A DNA stretch of 42,107 bases, taken from the IMG/VR virus record IMGVR_UViG_3300002460_000068; one strand, written 5' to 3'. The DNA comes from a virus. Made by a program: the position numbers and the translations under genes. The notes below the pieces were generated by a model. It was not told the DNA's origin and did no database searches. It was given only the letters and a program-made list of their open reading frames with translations. Positions 40,808 through 42,107 of this stretch are shown piece by piece (the stretch's first letter is position 1; each line of letters begins with the position of its first letter).

Positions 40808-41268
40808 ACAATATGCGAAAAAAATTAAATTGTTATTCAAAAACATCTGTAAATTGGGCTAAAAGTCAAGCGCAGATAGGTAAACTACTTGACCAATTTG
40901 GAGTACAAGATGTTAGATTTACGTTCATGCAAAGCCAAAAAACTATCATTTGTGAATTTAATTATCCCAGCGACCTTGAAGGAAAACCTGTTAAAATTGG
41001 CGTTCGTATTATCTCAAAATTAAAAGAGTGTAAGGACGAAGAGCAAGAAAAAAATCGTATACACCGAATTTTATTTAACAAATTAAAATCCAGATTTTTA
41101 GAGATTCAAGAGAATACGCAGGAATTTGTTAAAGTCTTTATGGCCGATCTGATTGTATTTGACAAGCAGGGGGGCTCAAGCACAATGGGACAACTGATTA
41201 TTCCTCAATATAATAAAGGATTGATAACGGGGCAACAGGGAGATATTAAAATGTTACCTAATTTATGA
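40804..41268 (+). CDS. Hypothetical protein
   Basis: 154-aa ORF. Confidence 0.5.
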   Translation: MNNMRKKLNCYSKTSVNWAKSQAQIGKLLDQFGVQDVRFTFMQSQKTIICEFNYPSDLEGKPVKIGVRIISKLKECKDEEQEKNRIHRILFNKLKSRFLEIQENTQEFVKVFMADLIVFDKQGGSSTMGQLIIPQYNKGLITGQQGDIKMLPNL

Positions 41269-41334
41269 AGTTATATCTAAAATTAGATATAACTAGATAT
41301 AAACGGTAGAGGTTCTGTGAAAGAAGGATGTGTG

Positions 41335-41526
41335 ATGACTTTTTGTAAAGATTGTAAGGCAAAAATAATTTGGATGAAAACACGGGGCGAGTCAAAAATC
41401 CTTGTCGATTGGACGCAAAAGATCGTAGGAGACACAGTTTTTGAGCCTAAGCGGCATGTGCCACATTTTACAACTTGCCCAGAGCATGAAACTTTCAAAG
41501 AAAGAAAAACAAAAAAAATATTGTAA
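41335..41526 (+). CDS. Small Cys/His zinc-binding-like protein
   Basis: ATG at 41335 after AAGGA (the track start at 41317 is GTG). MTFCKDCKAKIIWMKT....HVPHFTTCPEH. Confidence 0.5.
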   Translation: MTFCKDCKAKIIWMKTRGESKILVDWTQKIVGDTVFEPKRHVPHFTTCPEHETFKERKTKKIL

Positions 41527-41761
41527 TCAAGGCAGAGTGGCGGAATCAAACGCAAAGGAAGCATGGCCTAACAAGGCTGGAATATCCCAAACTAGTAATG
41601 GGTAAAACCTTATCAAAGGATTGGACGCAAATGTGTGGCATAGATCAGTGAAACCACAATTTCCAATCGCCTTTAAATGCCAAACTGAATGGCTTGCAGG
41701 TACACGGTGAGGAAGCGCCTGCTAAATAAACGTTTTCGATCCAATCCTGCCTCTGCCTTGA
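41527..41761 (+). ncRNA. Candidate structured RNA, domain 1 (closed by an 11-bp terminal helix)
   Basis: tcaaggcagag (41527-37) pairs perfectly with ctctgccttga (41751-61). Nested helices are 41615-25/41662-74 (11 bp, 2-nt bulge), 41634-38/41654-58 and 41696-700/41718-22. Two look-alike hairpins are cccaAACUAGUAAuggg and gccaAACUGAAuggc. No credible ORF or RBS. Confidence 0.4.
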
Positions 41762-42014
41762 TATTTAATATCAGCCCTAAAAAATCGCTCAAGCGGGTTT
41801 GGACTAAAGATAAAAATCCTGATCGGGTTGACGTCCAGATGAAGGAGATGCGAAAATTAGGCTCTGAAAAGAGTACTGGGGCTGCTAAATGTAACGGTCG
41901 AGGCTGTGGTGTAATTAAGCATTATACGCATGAAACGCAATCGTAAGGTGCAGGTAACGCGTTTTGAACCCTGCCAGCCTCGGCTTAATTTAAAGGATGT
42001 TTGGAATGAGCAAA
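41762..42014 (+). ncRNA. Candidate structured RNA, domain 2
   Basis: Nested helices are 41772-79/41877-84, 41799-804/41833-38, 41899-906/41975-82 and 41950-54/41970-74. The only ORF (41689..41946) lacks an RBS and has an extremely basic, atypical composition. Confidence 0.35.
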
Positions 42015-42107
42015 CACATGAAATATTTTTTAATTTTTATTTGGTTTATCTTTTTCTTCCCACTTTATCTTTTAATGCTTCGTCTAGCTATCGAAGGGGC
42101 TGGAACA
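42015..42107. repeat. Terminal direct repeat, copy 2 (identical to 1..93)
   Basis: Exact 93/93 match with the window start. Confidence 0.95.

Noticed and set aside
41531-41757. tRNA-like ends (GGCAGAG-UG-GCG-GAAUCAAA-CGC at the 5' end, UUCGAUCC...CUCUGCC at the 3' end), suggesting an intron-containing tRNA
   Set aside because: No anticodon arm or T-stem can be drawn. Three extra nt separate the putative T-stem from the acceptor strand. The terminal helix extends to 11 bp with no free discriminator/CCA. The insert of about 140 nt is too short for a group I intron. It is kept only as a structured-RNA candidate.
41689-41946. 85-aa ORF in the terminal non-coding region
   Set aside because: It has no RBS and an extremely basic, atypical composition, and it runs across the predicted helices. 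It is possibly real but unsupported.

Overview
The window is one complete dsDNA phage genome of about 42.0 kb. Bases 1-93 are identical to 42015-42107, so the unit length is 42014 bp. It is AT-rich and has two arms.

Late arm (minus strand, 25038 down to 1167): small and large terminase, portal, scaffold and an N4-gp56-like major capsid. These are followed, in T7-like gene order, by tail tubular A/B-like proteins, three internal-virion-like proteins and an S74-chaperone tail fibre. The arm ends with a membrane-protein lysis cluster and a ribosomal protein bS21 homolog.

Early arm (plus strand, 27674 to 41526): about 30 very small ORFs, a replisome organizer with internal iterons, and a DnaB-C-terminal-like helicase. 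It also carries an ERF annealase, a YqaJ exonuclease and two Lar-like anti-restriction proteins.

I recognised no DNA or RNA polymerase, integrase, canonical tRNA or reverse transcriptase.

Most interesting observations:
- Two solitary GC-rich type I-C-like CRISPR repeats lie in sense orientation in the early operons (31612-31644 and 36434-36465). The second sits inside an RBS-preceded mini-ORF that is ATGA-coupled to a Lar-like gene. This fits solitary repeat units or RNA anti-CRISPR decoys.
- Two GC-rich non-coding islands have extensive nested helices (33422-33837 and 41527-42014). The first contains a consensus minus-strand promoter pointing against the early operon.
- A Wzy/O-antigen-ligase-like membrane protein and two secreted paralogs sit inside the structural operon.
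- Five consecutive early genes share a conserved GC-rich translation-initiation motif.
- An SPFH-like gene is interrupted by an in-frame TAA.

All functional calls come from motif recognition by eye. No database search or folding program was run.
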